64,000 nt of DNA from Tubiluchus corallicola. Its lineage: Eukaryota > Animalia > Priapulida. The notes beneath the pieces were generated by a model. It was given only the letters and a program-made list of their open reading frames with translations. It was not told the DNA's origin and made no database searches. A program made the translations under genes and the position numbers. Shown piece by piece: positions 25,728 to 38,600 of this stretch (position 1 is its first letter; every line of letters starts with the position of its first letter). The stretch is taken from the NCBI GenBank assembly GCA_030141605.1, contig JAQGDQ010000141.1, positions 186,001 to 250,000 on the forward strand, read 5' to 3'.

Positions 25728-28420
25728 GTATTCTTAAATATATTAAATACGTGTAAATAGTTGGCACACTTTTTTGTGTGATGAACCAATTTATACTACA
25801 CGTAGTTATCTTGCTACACTTTATACTGCTAATCATGTGAATTGACCTTTACATAAACCATTTAGCTATAGTTGAATTTGAATTTACATTTTTTATCATC
25901 GACATAATGGGTATAATTTTTTACTACTGTGGTACGTGTACAATAAAGTCAAACTTGCATTTTAAGATTCTATTTTGATCTCTAAAACTGCTAATGCTTC
26001 GTAATTTGATGTTAACGATTCTGTTTTTACTTGTGTTTCGAAAAATGCGTTTTTGTGTGATGTAGAATTCACCAATGTGCTTTATAACTGATGTATTTCG
26101 CTGTAAACTTGAATTGAATTGGCTGTGTGACTCGTTTCATTCAAGTCCTCTTTGTAGTTGACCAGTTTTTTGCTGCCACCACCTTTGCACTCTTGTCATT
26201 CACGCTTAGAAACGTTTATTGTCACCGCTTTATTGTATATAAACGAAAAAAATCACGTTGAACGTGGAAAACGTAAAACAAAGCTTTAAGTTGTTCTATG
26301 GTAAAATTGAAAGGTTTTACTTGAATGTGTATGCGTATTAAATCTCTAACAAGTGCGGAACCGCGTTTACTTCTACTAAAATAGGTCAGAGAGTTGTAAA
26401 ATATTGTTGTTCTTTTGTTGCTACGACACAAGGTTTCTGGCCCACAAAAATCACAGCATTTTTATTCGTTTATTAGGTAGTTTTGCATGCGTTTTCATTG
26501 CGCTCCTCGTGGCGTATGGTCGCCAGTGAGTGTTTGGAGGTAACTTTGTTTGGATCACTTGTGATGAGTTTCATGAAAACGGTTTTAAGTATCTATCAAT
26601 TAGGTTTTACAGCGTAATCGTTAACCTCAAGCGACAATGTGCACCTTGTGTGAGATAAATTTGTAGAGTTTTGTAATTTTATAGTCTATAAAACACAGGA
26701 CCATGACCGTTGAACTTCACAGGAAAACATTCCCAGCGTTCACAAAATAACCCGAGAATACCCAATTAAAACAGCCGTCTTGTTTTCAAAGTAGTAAGTT
26801 GTTTATTGTCGTTGAGAATCAATATTCAAAGTACATGGATTTTTGTAAATCTCGCTGATAATAAAAGCCGAATGTTTTGGCTGTTTTGGCTGGAAATAAA
26901 TCTTGCTAAGTATCACAGGATACACCCATTGCCTTGGTGCTGATGCTGTAAGCAATTATATAACCACTTCTATCTATCGTCCATTGGGTTGCATACAGCT
27001 CTGTAAAAGATTAGTCGAAATAATCGACTCAGATTATAGTAAATCAGCTGTGGGTCCAGAGCCCAAGTTTTAATTCAAGTCCTTCCAACAGTTTACGGAT
27101 ACTTGGGTTAGGCCCAGGGATATAAGGGCCCCACATATTTAAGTCCCAGACGTTTCGTCTTTGTCTTTTGGTATTCAGTTTGATGAAGTTCGTGAAGTGA
27201 AAACTTATGCAATTCATTTTTTGGCAATAACACTTAACTGTGATGTGTACAGCCAATAAAGGCTAGGCACATAATCTCGTATAAGTTCTCTTGACTTTGG
27301 AGGAAAGGGACGGTTCCACACAAGTTTAGGGCTCAAGTATCCTAGAATCCCTTCGAACGCGAACGCTATCAAGTTGGTGAAAAAATGCAAGCTTTGTACA
27401 GCGCGTTCCGAAAATGTTATTAACACGGAACGTTCGTCTGATGCGTTAATAATGCTTTAAAGTTTAAAGATTATAGCACTGCAAGCTGGTAAACAGCACT
27501 AACCCCAGGGTCTGTGAAACGTATAATTATCGACACTGAGTCGACAGAGGCACCACAGCCACGTTCAAATATATATCATAGACATGACTACAGATGAAAC
27601 GGCCGAAAAAGGATTTGTTGTTACTTGCCCTTCCATTTACTGAACCATGTTAGGTTGTTATAGTCAATCACTGGACTGTTACCCTTGCCAACAATTGTTT
27701 ATCTGTATCAGCTTTGTTTACCTTTCTCGCATGCTTTCTGACTTCGCATCTTTTTTGCATGTTAATGTTAATGATGAAACAAAGAAAATCAACTAATTCC
27801 ACAACTAGGTTGTCGAAGATTTCTTGAACAGTGAGTTTTCTGCTCCATTTTTTATAGAGCGGAAGTCACTTTGCTAAGTTGTTTGTTAACTTTGTTTGCG
27901 CGGCTCGTCTCCTCTGCAATTCTCGGCATTTTCCTTGAATCTATCTAATTGGAGTCTTGTTTTCAAAAACCGCTCGGCTGTTTTCCAATTACCACGAAAT
28001 CTTAGACACCCAGAGTCTAGTAGACATTTCTCTGTGTGAAATTAAATTGGATAAATTTCCGTCGGTGCTATTTAATATCCCTCATACTCGGGGCGCAAGC
28101 GTGTTATTTCATCGTGTTAGACGGCAGGTGCGCTCTTATTTATAACGCTTAATTTCACACTTAAAACATGTCTGAGAGATAAACCGACGTGGGAGATGGT
28201 GTTGAAGAGGTTTTTCTGGCTCGATATTAAACACTCTCCGTTTCTAATATGAACTCGTAAAGCTTTTATACGGCGCTGCACCTTATCCGTGATTAGAACG
28301 GAAAGCTTTTAGTGATTTCGATTTTTCACACATTCTTCACGGTTTTCAAGTTTTTCAGCGCTGCCTACGCTCGTCATAGATAGAGAATTAAACGACTCAT
28401 CAAATCGAAATTGGACGTTA

Positions 28421-28768
28421 TTTGTGGTTTAGTTGTTTTCTTGGCTGCTAAACGTGGGGGTTGTTTGTGGTTTAGTTGTTTTCTTGGCTGCTAAACGTGG
28501 GGGTTGTTTGTGGTTTAGTTGTTTTCTTGGCTGCTAAACGTGGGGGTTGTTTGTGGTTTAGTTGTTTTCTTGGCTGCTAAACGTGGGGGTTGTTTGTGGT
28601 TTAGTTGTTTTCTTGGCTGCTAAACGTGGGGGTTGTTTGTGGTTTAGTTGTTTTCTTGGCTGCTAAATGTGGGGGTTGTTTGTGGTTTAGTTGTTTTCTT
28701 GGCTGCTAAATGTGGGGGTTGTTTGTGGTTTAGTTGTTTTCTTGGCTGCTAAATGTTTGGGTTGTTTG
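28421..28768. repeat. 43-bp minisatellite, 8 copies
   Basis: Unit tttgtggtttagttgttttcttggctgctaaa(c/t)gtgggggttg. Confidence 0.95.
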
Positions 28769-29934
28769 CGTCAAGTGTTTGATTGTTGAGTAAGGTGAGT
28801 CCGCTGAGCCGTATACTCACTGCGTCATTAAACTTGTTCGATATGTTTACAAGTGATTGCAAGCTAGAACGTATTCCATTCTTGTTCTGTCAATTACTTG
28901 GTTGTCGCCATTGCCGACGAGGCGATAATAATGTTGCCTTTGTAAGGAGCTGCTGGTCCTAATTTCTAATCGAGGATTTACACCTAATTATTCCTGAAGC
29001 AAAGCGTTTTTTTTTTCATTAGTTATTTCCATGGTTGACATCCGTATGTTTGCTAATTACTTTGCTCATTAATTTGGCGGAATTCTGATCCGCGTTATCA
29101 AATCTAAATTTTACTGATTGTAGTCACAGCGGTTTCTCTAAACATGTGTGAAACTGATGCTAATATGTGCAACTATTTTCATATAAAGTTATTTTTATTT
29201 ATTTAATACAGCCGTATTAGTGTTTTAGATAAAAAAATTCACAAAAACACTTAAATGTCATTCTAAATTTTAAATTACACGGTTTTAAATTGAATGTCTT
29301 TAAACCTAACCAAGTGAAAGAATAGCCGCAAAATGTGTTTCTTGTAGTATGTGAAATTGATATTCTTTGGCGAAGTTCCGAGTTCAATTCTGTTGTTTTT
29401 AACCATTGTCTTCTGCGTGCTAGTTTAAATGCCTCTCGTAGTCTAGCCGTTGCTAAGCGCCTTCAGCTACTGTACATTGTCATAGGTACGTGCAGGCTTG
29501 TACTGTATTTGAGTTTTGTACAGTATAAGCTGACCTACATACATCACTCTACAGTAGCTGCTGGTTAGTCTAGCACAGGGATTTGCGTTACTGAGCGGTC
29601 TATTTTGGCGTGGCGTAGCATAGCTGCCCGCTGTCAGTGGCACTGCCCTTCGGTAATAGTTTTCAGCTCGGACCGAAACGTTCTTGACATTGGTTGAACT
29701 GTGTAATATATTACCAGACGCACTCAACCGCACAAGAGGAATCTATGCCTATGGAATTAAAAACTTTAGCGGAAAAATACGTATTTCATCTACAGACTAC
29801 ATGCGCCATTCTATTTGTTCACGAGATGGGTAGTGAACGGCCGAGAAATATTACCAATGGCATTTTCTCTTTTAGACGATCAAAAAATACCTTTTTAAGG
29901 TGTAACAGCGCAGTTATACAGATACGCTGGAAAA

Positions 29935-30080
29935 TGAATCAGGTAAAAATGTCACAGAAAAAAAGAAATAACCCTAATCCCAACTCAAACCATAACCCAA
30001 ACCCTAGCCAAAATTGTGACTTTTCCTAGACAAAATGGTGACTTTTTCCGTGACTCTTTTCTGGACTTTGTCACAGGTCG
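29935..30080. repeat. Palindromic repeat element with telomere-like core, related to 4711-5135
   Basis: aaaatgtcacagaaaaaaagaaataaccctaatcccaactcaaaccataacccaaaccctagccaaaattgtgacttttcc...gtgactttttccgtgac. Confidence 0.6.
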
Positions 30081-30519
30081 TTGAAAAAATAAACCAGAAT
30101 TCTGGCTAATTTACATGAAGTTAAGGGATATCATTCTATTGGAGCAGCTTCTTGACTACGAATTACAAACAATTAAGCAATGGTTGCATCAACGCTTGTA
30201 TCAAAAAAATGACATATACGTATGAGACGTAAAAATATTTTAAGACTGATGTTTTTTGTTCGACTTTCAAGTTTAGTTTTGGATGCTAACAATATTTTTG
30301 TGAAAAATGGCGTAAAAATTTACGAAGTTATCATTATTCAATGACGTATTAACTGAGTAGAAAATTTTTACACCTGATTGCCTGATTTTTTCGCTACTTA
30401 TGACTGCACGTCCTTACCTCTTCACACATTCATGGACTTTAAATATAGGGAAACGCACTGGTACTAGGAAAATAAGGAAGTTTGGTACTTTTGTCGTAGA
30501 CTGAATAATTTACTGAGCG

Positions 30520-31113
30520 TTAAAGGACAAGAAAAGGGGTACCTGAAGTAGGTTTCAGAAAAATCGCCTTAAAAAATTATATTACTATATACCAATTTTA
30601 TGCATATATATACATATATCGTACTCGCATTGAAAGGAATTTTTGTTTGTTTTCATTTAAAATCTTCCGCAATACAGTTCCGAAGTCGCCATTACATGAC
30701 GTCACTACGCAAACATATATCAGGGGCTGGAAAGACTTATGTAACTAGAAAAGAAAATTATTAATTATTTCAAATGTTATCACCAATTGGTAAAATGTCG
30801 CTGAGTCCACCCTCCAGGGTGCATCACTCACTAATCAAAAACCTATTTTTAATCTTATTTGTAACGTGTGCGCTACGAATGCTCTGATTATTTTTTCAAA
30901 GTTTCACAATGTTATCTAAACGTGTTTCAAATGACCTGTCGTCAAAATGGCTGCGTCTAACGGTCATCGCGGGAGTTTAAATTTACATATTTTATACAGC
31001 GTTACTGCCGTTTGAACTCCTGCATGTAAAAAGGCAGTATGTAAGTGATATAAAATTTCAAAATGACGAATTTTTTAAGCTTTATGTATATGGAGGGTTT
31101 CCTTGTGCTTTAA
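30520..31113 (+). mobile_element. Kolobok-like family B, complete copy
   Basis: ttaa-aggacaagaaaa versus tttccttgtgct-ttaa (imperfect TIR, TTAA at both ends); reverse-complement homology with 38943-39575. Confidence 0.8.
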
Positions 31114-32189
31114 CGGTTACTAAGCAGTTGCTATCCAAGTCGTCTAAAAGAGGCACTTCATCATCACTGTGTAGATACCATAGTGCAACTGATCGTAATA
31201 ATGAACTTTGCGTTCGTTATGATAGGTGTATTTGATAATATTGTTACATCGGCAAGGCCCACAAAAGCATTTTGCGCGAAGTTTACTGATTTTGAGATTT
31301 TGTAATTCGATTACAATCTTGTTCTTGTAATTCGATATCACGATTAATCTATGCGGTAATTTTTTTAGTAATATTAGCCATATTTTGCAAACATTGCAGC
31401 ACTGAAATGTAGCCTATAAACTTCTTCATGGCTTTCGTCGCTGTCTGCCATTTTCGTACTAGCAAACTATTTTTACAGACACGTGCATTCATTAACTACT
31501 TTATTACTTTGTCAACTACACACGTCACGTGAAAACGAATTTGAAGCCCCCAGTTTGCAACACTGTGGCTTGCAATTGTGTGCTTTGTGTAACGTGAGAA
31601 AAACGAAGAAAAAGTGCAAGAATTCTGTTTATTTGTGCTAAAACACTGCCTTCTAGTCTGTGTGTAACACGTAGGGTATATTTTGTCTCCATTATTCTTC
31701 ATTTATTGAATTACTGCTCAATAGTCGATTATATCGATTTATACATGGTTGTAATTCGATTAATCTATTAATCTATATAAATTTTAAAACGTATAGGTTT
31801 ACCACGATATGATGCACACAGAGAATTTTATTATGATCAAAAATAGATGTGTTTAACTTTTTTGAGGTGCATCAATGCAGCATAATGCTTTGAATGTCAT
31901 TCTTACATAGGTCGCTTACCAGCTGGATTGATTTCTATTTGAATAAAGTTTTTCGTTGTTTAACGTTTGCTTGTAAGCAGGACACTCCTTCTACTGAAAG
32001 TGCAAATGAAGCTGCTAAATGACACTTGGAATAAAATTATTGTGACATTTAAAATATAGATGGCAGTAAACGTTTTTATTTCTAGGGTTTAAATTAATCT
32101 TGTCTTTCATTCACATTGGTGGCTTCTCATTTGCAGTCAGTGACAGTTACCGTTTCAGAATTTTAAAATAATGTTATCATTTTTACCAG

Positions 32190-32678
32190 GATTTGAACCA
32201 TCGACGACGTGCCACATTGGACGATTCTGTGATGTCCAGCGACGAGTTTAACGATCTCTTTCCACCGCCTGTCGAAGCAATGAAAGGGAAGCCGCCCCGG
32301 CGACCCATGTCCGGTGTAGTGGACACAGAGTGGACTGACGAAATAACCAATTCCTACTTCAGGCCGCGGTCGTCATCCGATAGCCGTGCAAAGAAACCTG
32401 TGCTAAAAGTGACTTCGCCCCGAGGGGTGAATGTGAATGTGAATGGACCCGTTTCTCCCCTGGCCCTAAACGGCAACTCGAACAGTCCCAGTGAACCTGA
32501 TAGGAAATTATTGTACACAAAAAATGAGAGCTCGTCGGGACGGCCGAGAGCCGGAAGTGATTCCGCGCACAAAAAGAGAGGACCTGTGATGAACTTTGTC
32601 GACAAGTTTCGTGCAAGGTCATCGTCATTAACGGTTGACAGCCGCAAACGACACAATTCGTCTCCCGCCGGTGATCAG
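32190..32678 (+). CDS. PRKAG2: AMPK-gamma N-terminal extension exon (long isoform), Ser/Arg/Pro-rich
   Basis: ttttaccag| acceptor, 163 open codons ([10 protein letters not shown]...[12 protein letters not shown]) in a GC-rich island, CAG|gtagat donor in phase with the 35669 exon. Confidence 0.78.
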
Positions 32679-35600
32679 GTAGATTCATTTGTGCAATCTT
32701 TTTTTATGTGGTTTCTAGGGATGTCACCAGGCCCCGCCGGAACCGGGACTTCGAGTAGTACCTGATTCGGTAGAGTTTTTTAAAAAGAATCGGTTTATCA
32801 TCGCCTGCAGAAGTGATTCTGTAGCACTTTATTACAAAAGCAATTATACATTCCTTTGCCCATAAATTTTGTTTCAAAATTACTTAAATCATTAAATCGC
32901 TCCTTTTTTAATAATTTTGTCTTACTTGAAATCTTACGTGAAAGTAATGCCCCACATTGTGATTCAAACTGCTAATAAAAACAAAAATGCTAAGATTTCT
33001 TGTACTACTTTAGCAAAACTAAATCATAGCTTTTATTATTGCAGAATTACTGTTAACCATGCTGGTCATTGCTCAGACTGGTCATGCATAACCGTTTTTC
33101 TTGCAAATCACTGCTGTTTTGTCAGTCTGCCGTAATTTAATTAAAAACTGCATAAATTCAAATAAGATTTGGTGTAAAAATAGCTAAAAATTCGAAGTTC
33201 GAATTCGATTTGCTTTCGAAAATTATTTTAAAGATTCGGATTTGATCCGGATTTCAAAATTATTTTAAATTGAGATTCGGATTTGACCTGGATTTGAAAA
33301 TTACTATAAATTCAGATTCGGATTCAGCAGTTTCAGGTTCGTGGTGTCCCTAGTGATTTCAAAAGGGTAATGGAGCCGTGATGCCCCCATTAGAATGCAT
33401 TGCTGTTAAAGCTTCAGGGAGTCTGCAACACATTCATCAGGGCGCAGTTGCATGAATCTGGCAAATGTATTTTCTACCCGCTTTTCTATCAGAAAATATG
33501 AATGTGATATTAAATATCATTTGCTACTTGATCATCCTTCTATGGATTGTTAAACTGGGACTCCTCTTACAACGTTTTTGCATTGTACTGTAAAATTATG
33601 TATCATTTGTTAGTTTTTTAATATCATTTTGTTTGGCTTCATTAAATTACGTATCTTTTGCGTAACGTTTTCCGTGAAATGGTAAAAAAGATATAAAGAT
33701 TCTTGTAATTAAAATTTGCCAAACAACGGACTACAAGGCTAGAAGCAGTAAGAAGCTGCAGCAAATATGCAAATAACATGAGTTAGTTTTGCAAGATTGT
33801 AATCTTCAATTGAAAATGAAGAAAGGCATCAGGTGCTTCAGAAATTTCCCTGTTTAGTAAACTGTTCAAAAATATATCTGTAGCCACTGGGTCCAACCAT
33901 TTCATAATAAAGAACAACTAAAATATTAATAAAAACCTAATATTAAAATCCAATAAAATTTTCTTTAACCTAACTTTCGGATTTTAAGAGATATCCTTTC
34001 ATGTATAAATCTCGTACATCACATTGCCATATTATTTTGTCTTGTTTCATTTAACACTTGAACCAGAGTGTCTGCTGATTACATTACAAACCACAGTCAG
34101 CGGTAAACTACAGAGGTGGTACTGTAGTATCTGCTGTATGTTTACTGTGTGCTTACTGTACATGATTACCACTGTGACTTAGCCAGTAGGTGAAGTCCTC
34201 TGTTAAGAATAACTAAGAAAGCCTGTATAAACCTAATAAAATTGTAATAATTTTAGAATAATTATTAATTCTTATCATAATTTTTAATGATTACTAAACC
34301 TAGTAATTGATATAACAATTCCATGTTTTTCAGTTTCAATACCCCGTAGAAGGATTTTTGTTTTTTTTATTCAAAAGCCTGTTTTTTATAGGAAAACTTT
34401 CTTTGGGTTTTAATAGTTGACTTTCTTAGTTGTTTTAGCAACTTTATTTCAGTTTAAAAATTACATTGTACAGATTTGGCTTGCGTTGGTACTTGAATAT
34501 TGTCTATTACATACTGCAGAAACTGAAACTTTAGGGTTATGGGCCGCTTTTGAGTTTTAAGATATAAACCAAATTCCGAAAGTTTGATTTATACAGAAAA
34601 TTTTGTTGGGTTCCAATACAGACTTTCTCATTTGTTTTTGTTGTCAAACGACTGGACCCAGTAGGTATAGATATATTTTTTGAAAATTAATAAATTTGTA
34701 AATTTTTGAAGCAACCTAATTCTTTTTTACATAAGTTACATCTACATAAGTGCATCTACATAAGTTACCAGAAGTTATTGGACGCTGAATTTGAGTTCTT
34801 TCCCGAGCCACCTGATATTATTTAATCAACAAATGTAGCACTTTCAAAATACATATCGGGGAGCACTGAATGCCTCACATTTAAGTCCAAGCTGTCCCGT
34901 GAGTTTTGTAAATTTGGTCTGTTTACTTTAGCTTTTTCAAGTGTTTGTAGTGTGCCAGTTTCTTGGCATTCTCGTATTTCTTTGCTTTTTGTTGTTCAAT
35001 AATGTTTTTAAGAAATGCACGCAAACTCAAGATAATTGTCCATTTGCCAAAATTGCCTTATTAAGATCTGAAAAACAGGACACCCTTTTTAAAAGCCAAG
35101 TAAAACTTGTTCTGCAGGCTTTGTCAGTAGTTGTAACTTTCCACTTGTGTAAGCTCGAAAGTTTTTCAAGCAAGTTTCAAAGCCTAGTACTGTACTGAAT
35201 AACATTCACTTGTGAATTATTTGAGTGGTTTTAATGGAATGGGTCCTGGATGAGTTATTACTATTTTTAGTTACAGTGCAACAAGGTTTTTTGAAACAAA
35301 CAAAGCTGGTACAAGGGGAAAATTGCCTCCATAAAATTTCATGGCTGAAGAATTGGCTAAATGTTTGGTTTTTAAAATATTGTACTGTTTTTGTGCTTCT
35401 AAAAGTTTTGCATGAATTTGTGAATTTCATAAGTATTTCTAACACTACAGTTTTCCAAGGGCATTTTAGTCATTCGTTACTAGAAAAGTGATGCTCATAT
35501 ATTTTGTCATAGAACAAACTGTTTTAAAATACACCTGAAAATTGCTGTAGAATGTGACACTTAAATAATTTGTAATATTTGGATGACGTTTTGTAAAATA

Positions 35601-38600
35601 GCAAAATGTAAAATTATTGGCATGTATGTACATTCTCATTTCTTATTATGATACTGTTATTTTTGTAGAAATTGGTACTTGGCTATAACCGACCAAATTC
35701 CCCTCAGAGTATAGGTAAGTGTTACATTTTTTCTTTAAATCTTCTGCTTTGCCACAATTTTGTGTAATTTATTGTATTGATGACTAGCCCAGGGTTCCCA
35801 TGGTCAAGGAGAGTCCTGGAAAATCCTTGAAAATACAGGCTATCCTGGAAAGTCAGGGGAAAATTATGAAAATGGGATGAAAATCGGGGTAAATTGGAAA
35901 GGGTCGCAAAAATAATCACCGCGAACCGATATTTTTCCAAACATATTTTTTTCAGCGATTCGTGTTCAAATAAAATTTTACTATGGCAAGCTTCCAGTTT
36001 CGATTTCTGTTCCAAAAGCAATGATTGGCCGACACATTATATATCAGTATATGTATGAATGTTTAAATATATACACAAAAATGTTTAAATATATATACTG
36101 GTAATACAATTACTGCTTATCTTGGTCATGGAAAATCAATATTTGGTCATGAAAAAGTTAAGAGAAATTTATTTTAAAATTCTGTAGGAACCGTGACAGT
36201 CATTACAACAAATAGAGTTAATGCATAAAAACACCCAAACAAGAAGCTTGGCCATTTGTGCTAAGGGAAGATGCAAACAACAAATGAAGTTGCGTAAATA
36301 GGATTATCACATAATCTGTGCAACATGTTTTCCATTTTTGTGAAAGGCTAGTTTATCTAAAAGATGAAAAAATCTACAAGGGAATTATTTTGGCTTTTGA
36401 AAATGCTTTCTCATAACATAGCACGGGATGAAAAGCCTGGACTACTTGCTTTTTTAGCAATTTTTCATTGAATAAAAAAATGAACAGCAGGTGAGAAGTT
36501 TAAACTCTTCTCTTTTGTAGGTATCATTTGATAAGGCTCTATTTAGACCATAAACAAATTAGAGAATTATTAAAAAGCGCATTTCTTTCAGTAATTTGTT
36601 TTCCATATTTTGATTTTGGTTAAAACTGTCAATACTGCTAGAAGATGCTCTAATTTTTAAGCACACTAACTCTGAAAAAATTATAGTATGTGATAAATTT
36701 TAGTATTCTTTGTTAATGCTTGTACAGGTACACAAAATTGCATCAAATTTTGATATCAGTAATAAATAATTTAATTGCTTATCTTAATTTTTCTAATTTA
36801 AATCCGATAATCATGCACTAATTTTAACGTAAACCAATGTTATATTGCTACTGGAAGCAACTGTGCCTAGTCCTTTCTCACCCTTTCTTGTTTTCTTAAA
36901 TGGTGCTGCCCTCTGGGAGTTAAATCTTGAAATGTGCTTCTTGACCTCTTGTATAAATTAAATAAAACTGATGCATGCCTGTTTTATTGAGTAAAATTGT
37001 AAATAAGTCTGTTGCTTATTTTGGTTCATAAATTCTGAAAAGACTAGTTATTCCGAAGTCAAATGTTGTGCTGTTCAAATGTTACAGCTTTAACTGCACT
37101 TGTTTGACAAACGTGCGAAGCTAAGCCCTCTTGTTACTCCTGCTGCCATCTAGTGGCGAGTAAAATCCGTTTGTGGATAAACATTATTTTCAATATGGCT
37201 GAGCCGTAAACATTGATCTGTGAACGAATGTAGGCCTTGCAAGGCGATTTTGACCGTTTCATCTCTGCCGTGACCTGATTAATGGCCAGGTTCAAACGAC
37301 TGTCTATAAAGGAAGAAGGCGATGTTGTCAGTTTAGGTAAAACGGTTACTGTGCAATATTTTTTATTTCTTCAGAAGCAAGTTCTTTCGTTTGTCCGTTG
37401 CATTAGTTGTTGATGTAGCTTTATCGCCTTATCTTATTAATATTTAATGATGAGGCAGCTAGCGTGTGCACTGTAGAACAGTTTATGTGTTGTTAGGATT
37501 CATTTTCACAATATTTCATGCGTTTCTATGAGTAGCTTTTCTTTATAGAGTAATGAAATATTTAAATGATGACATGAACCATTTGTGTCATCGGGGCGCT
37601 CTGTTTTAATTCGCTGTAATAAATTAACTATTTCAAAAAATTATAATTCGACACTGTCAGGAACTTAGCGAAGGTATTAGCAGTTTAAATGTCAGACGTT
37701 GAACGTTTAATTTGCAGTAAAGTTATTTTGGCTAATTCATTTCACCTGAATGCAAATTTGCTTTTCCTGTGACTCTAAATGTTGTGCCGTGCAGTGCTAT
37801 ATTTAGCAAAGGCGCCCTTTTTTATAACAGGTCCCTTGTGGTGGTACTTTATGGGCCTCAACAAGTGGCATGTTTTAGCTTAAGCTAAAAATATCCTGTG
37901 CAGGCTGAACCGTGTTTGTTGATGCAAAGCACCCTTGTGCATTTGTGTTTAGATTAGTGCTAAAACAAACATTTTCTGTCTGTGTTCAGGACAAACATAT
38001 CTGTACGATTAATTCAGTTTGTTTATGTCAAACTGCCCCTAATAACGAAAACGCTGCGTCTAACAGGCTTGTTAAAGTTCCTAAATGTGTTAGCAGTTTT
38101 TAACTCAAGAATTTTAAAACACCACTTGTGGTGGTTTTGAATTGAATTTTGTTGCTTGTTAGCTGTGAATAAGGCTTTATGTACTGTAATAGAGGCTACA
38201 CTCTTAAATGTTCCTGTTAATACATGAATACATAGGTGTGTTAGAGAACCTTTTTCATGCATTTGTTCAGTTTCACTATTTAACTTTTTTTTGGTAAGTT
38301 TTACCATTCATTCTTAATGTTTTTTTCTTCTCGCTATTCTTTTATATTATGTACTTTAAGTCTATCTTATTTTATTTTTTATACGTTACTTTTCAGCATT
38401 TAAAAAAAATCATTTCCCCCATCATGTGACAAAAATGAGTGCAAATTGATTTAGTTATCTTCTACGTAGTTTGTTTTATTCAATAAGCATTAAAAGTATT
38501 TTCTATTTAATCATTAACTGTTTAATAAAAAAATTTATTAATTTTTTCCCTAATATTTTGTACCCTAACAAGCTTATAGAAATCACAACTTAACAACTAT

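Noticed and set aside
32354-32688. Minus-strand ORFs of 100 and 109 aa
   Set aside because: Antisense shadows of the GC-rich coding exon.
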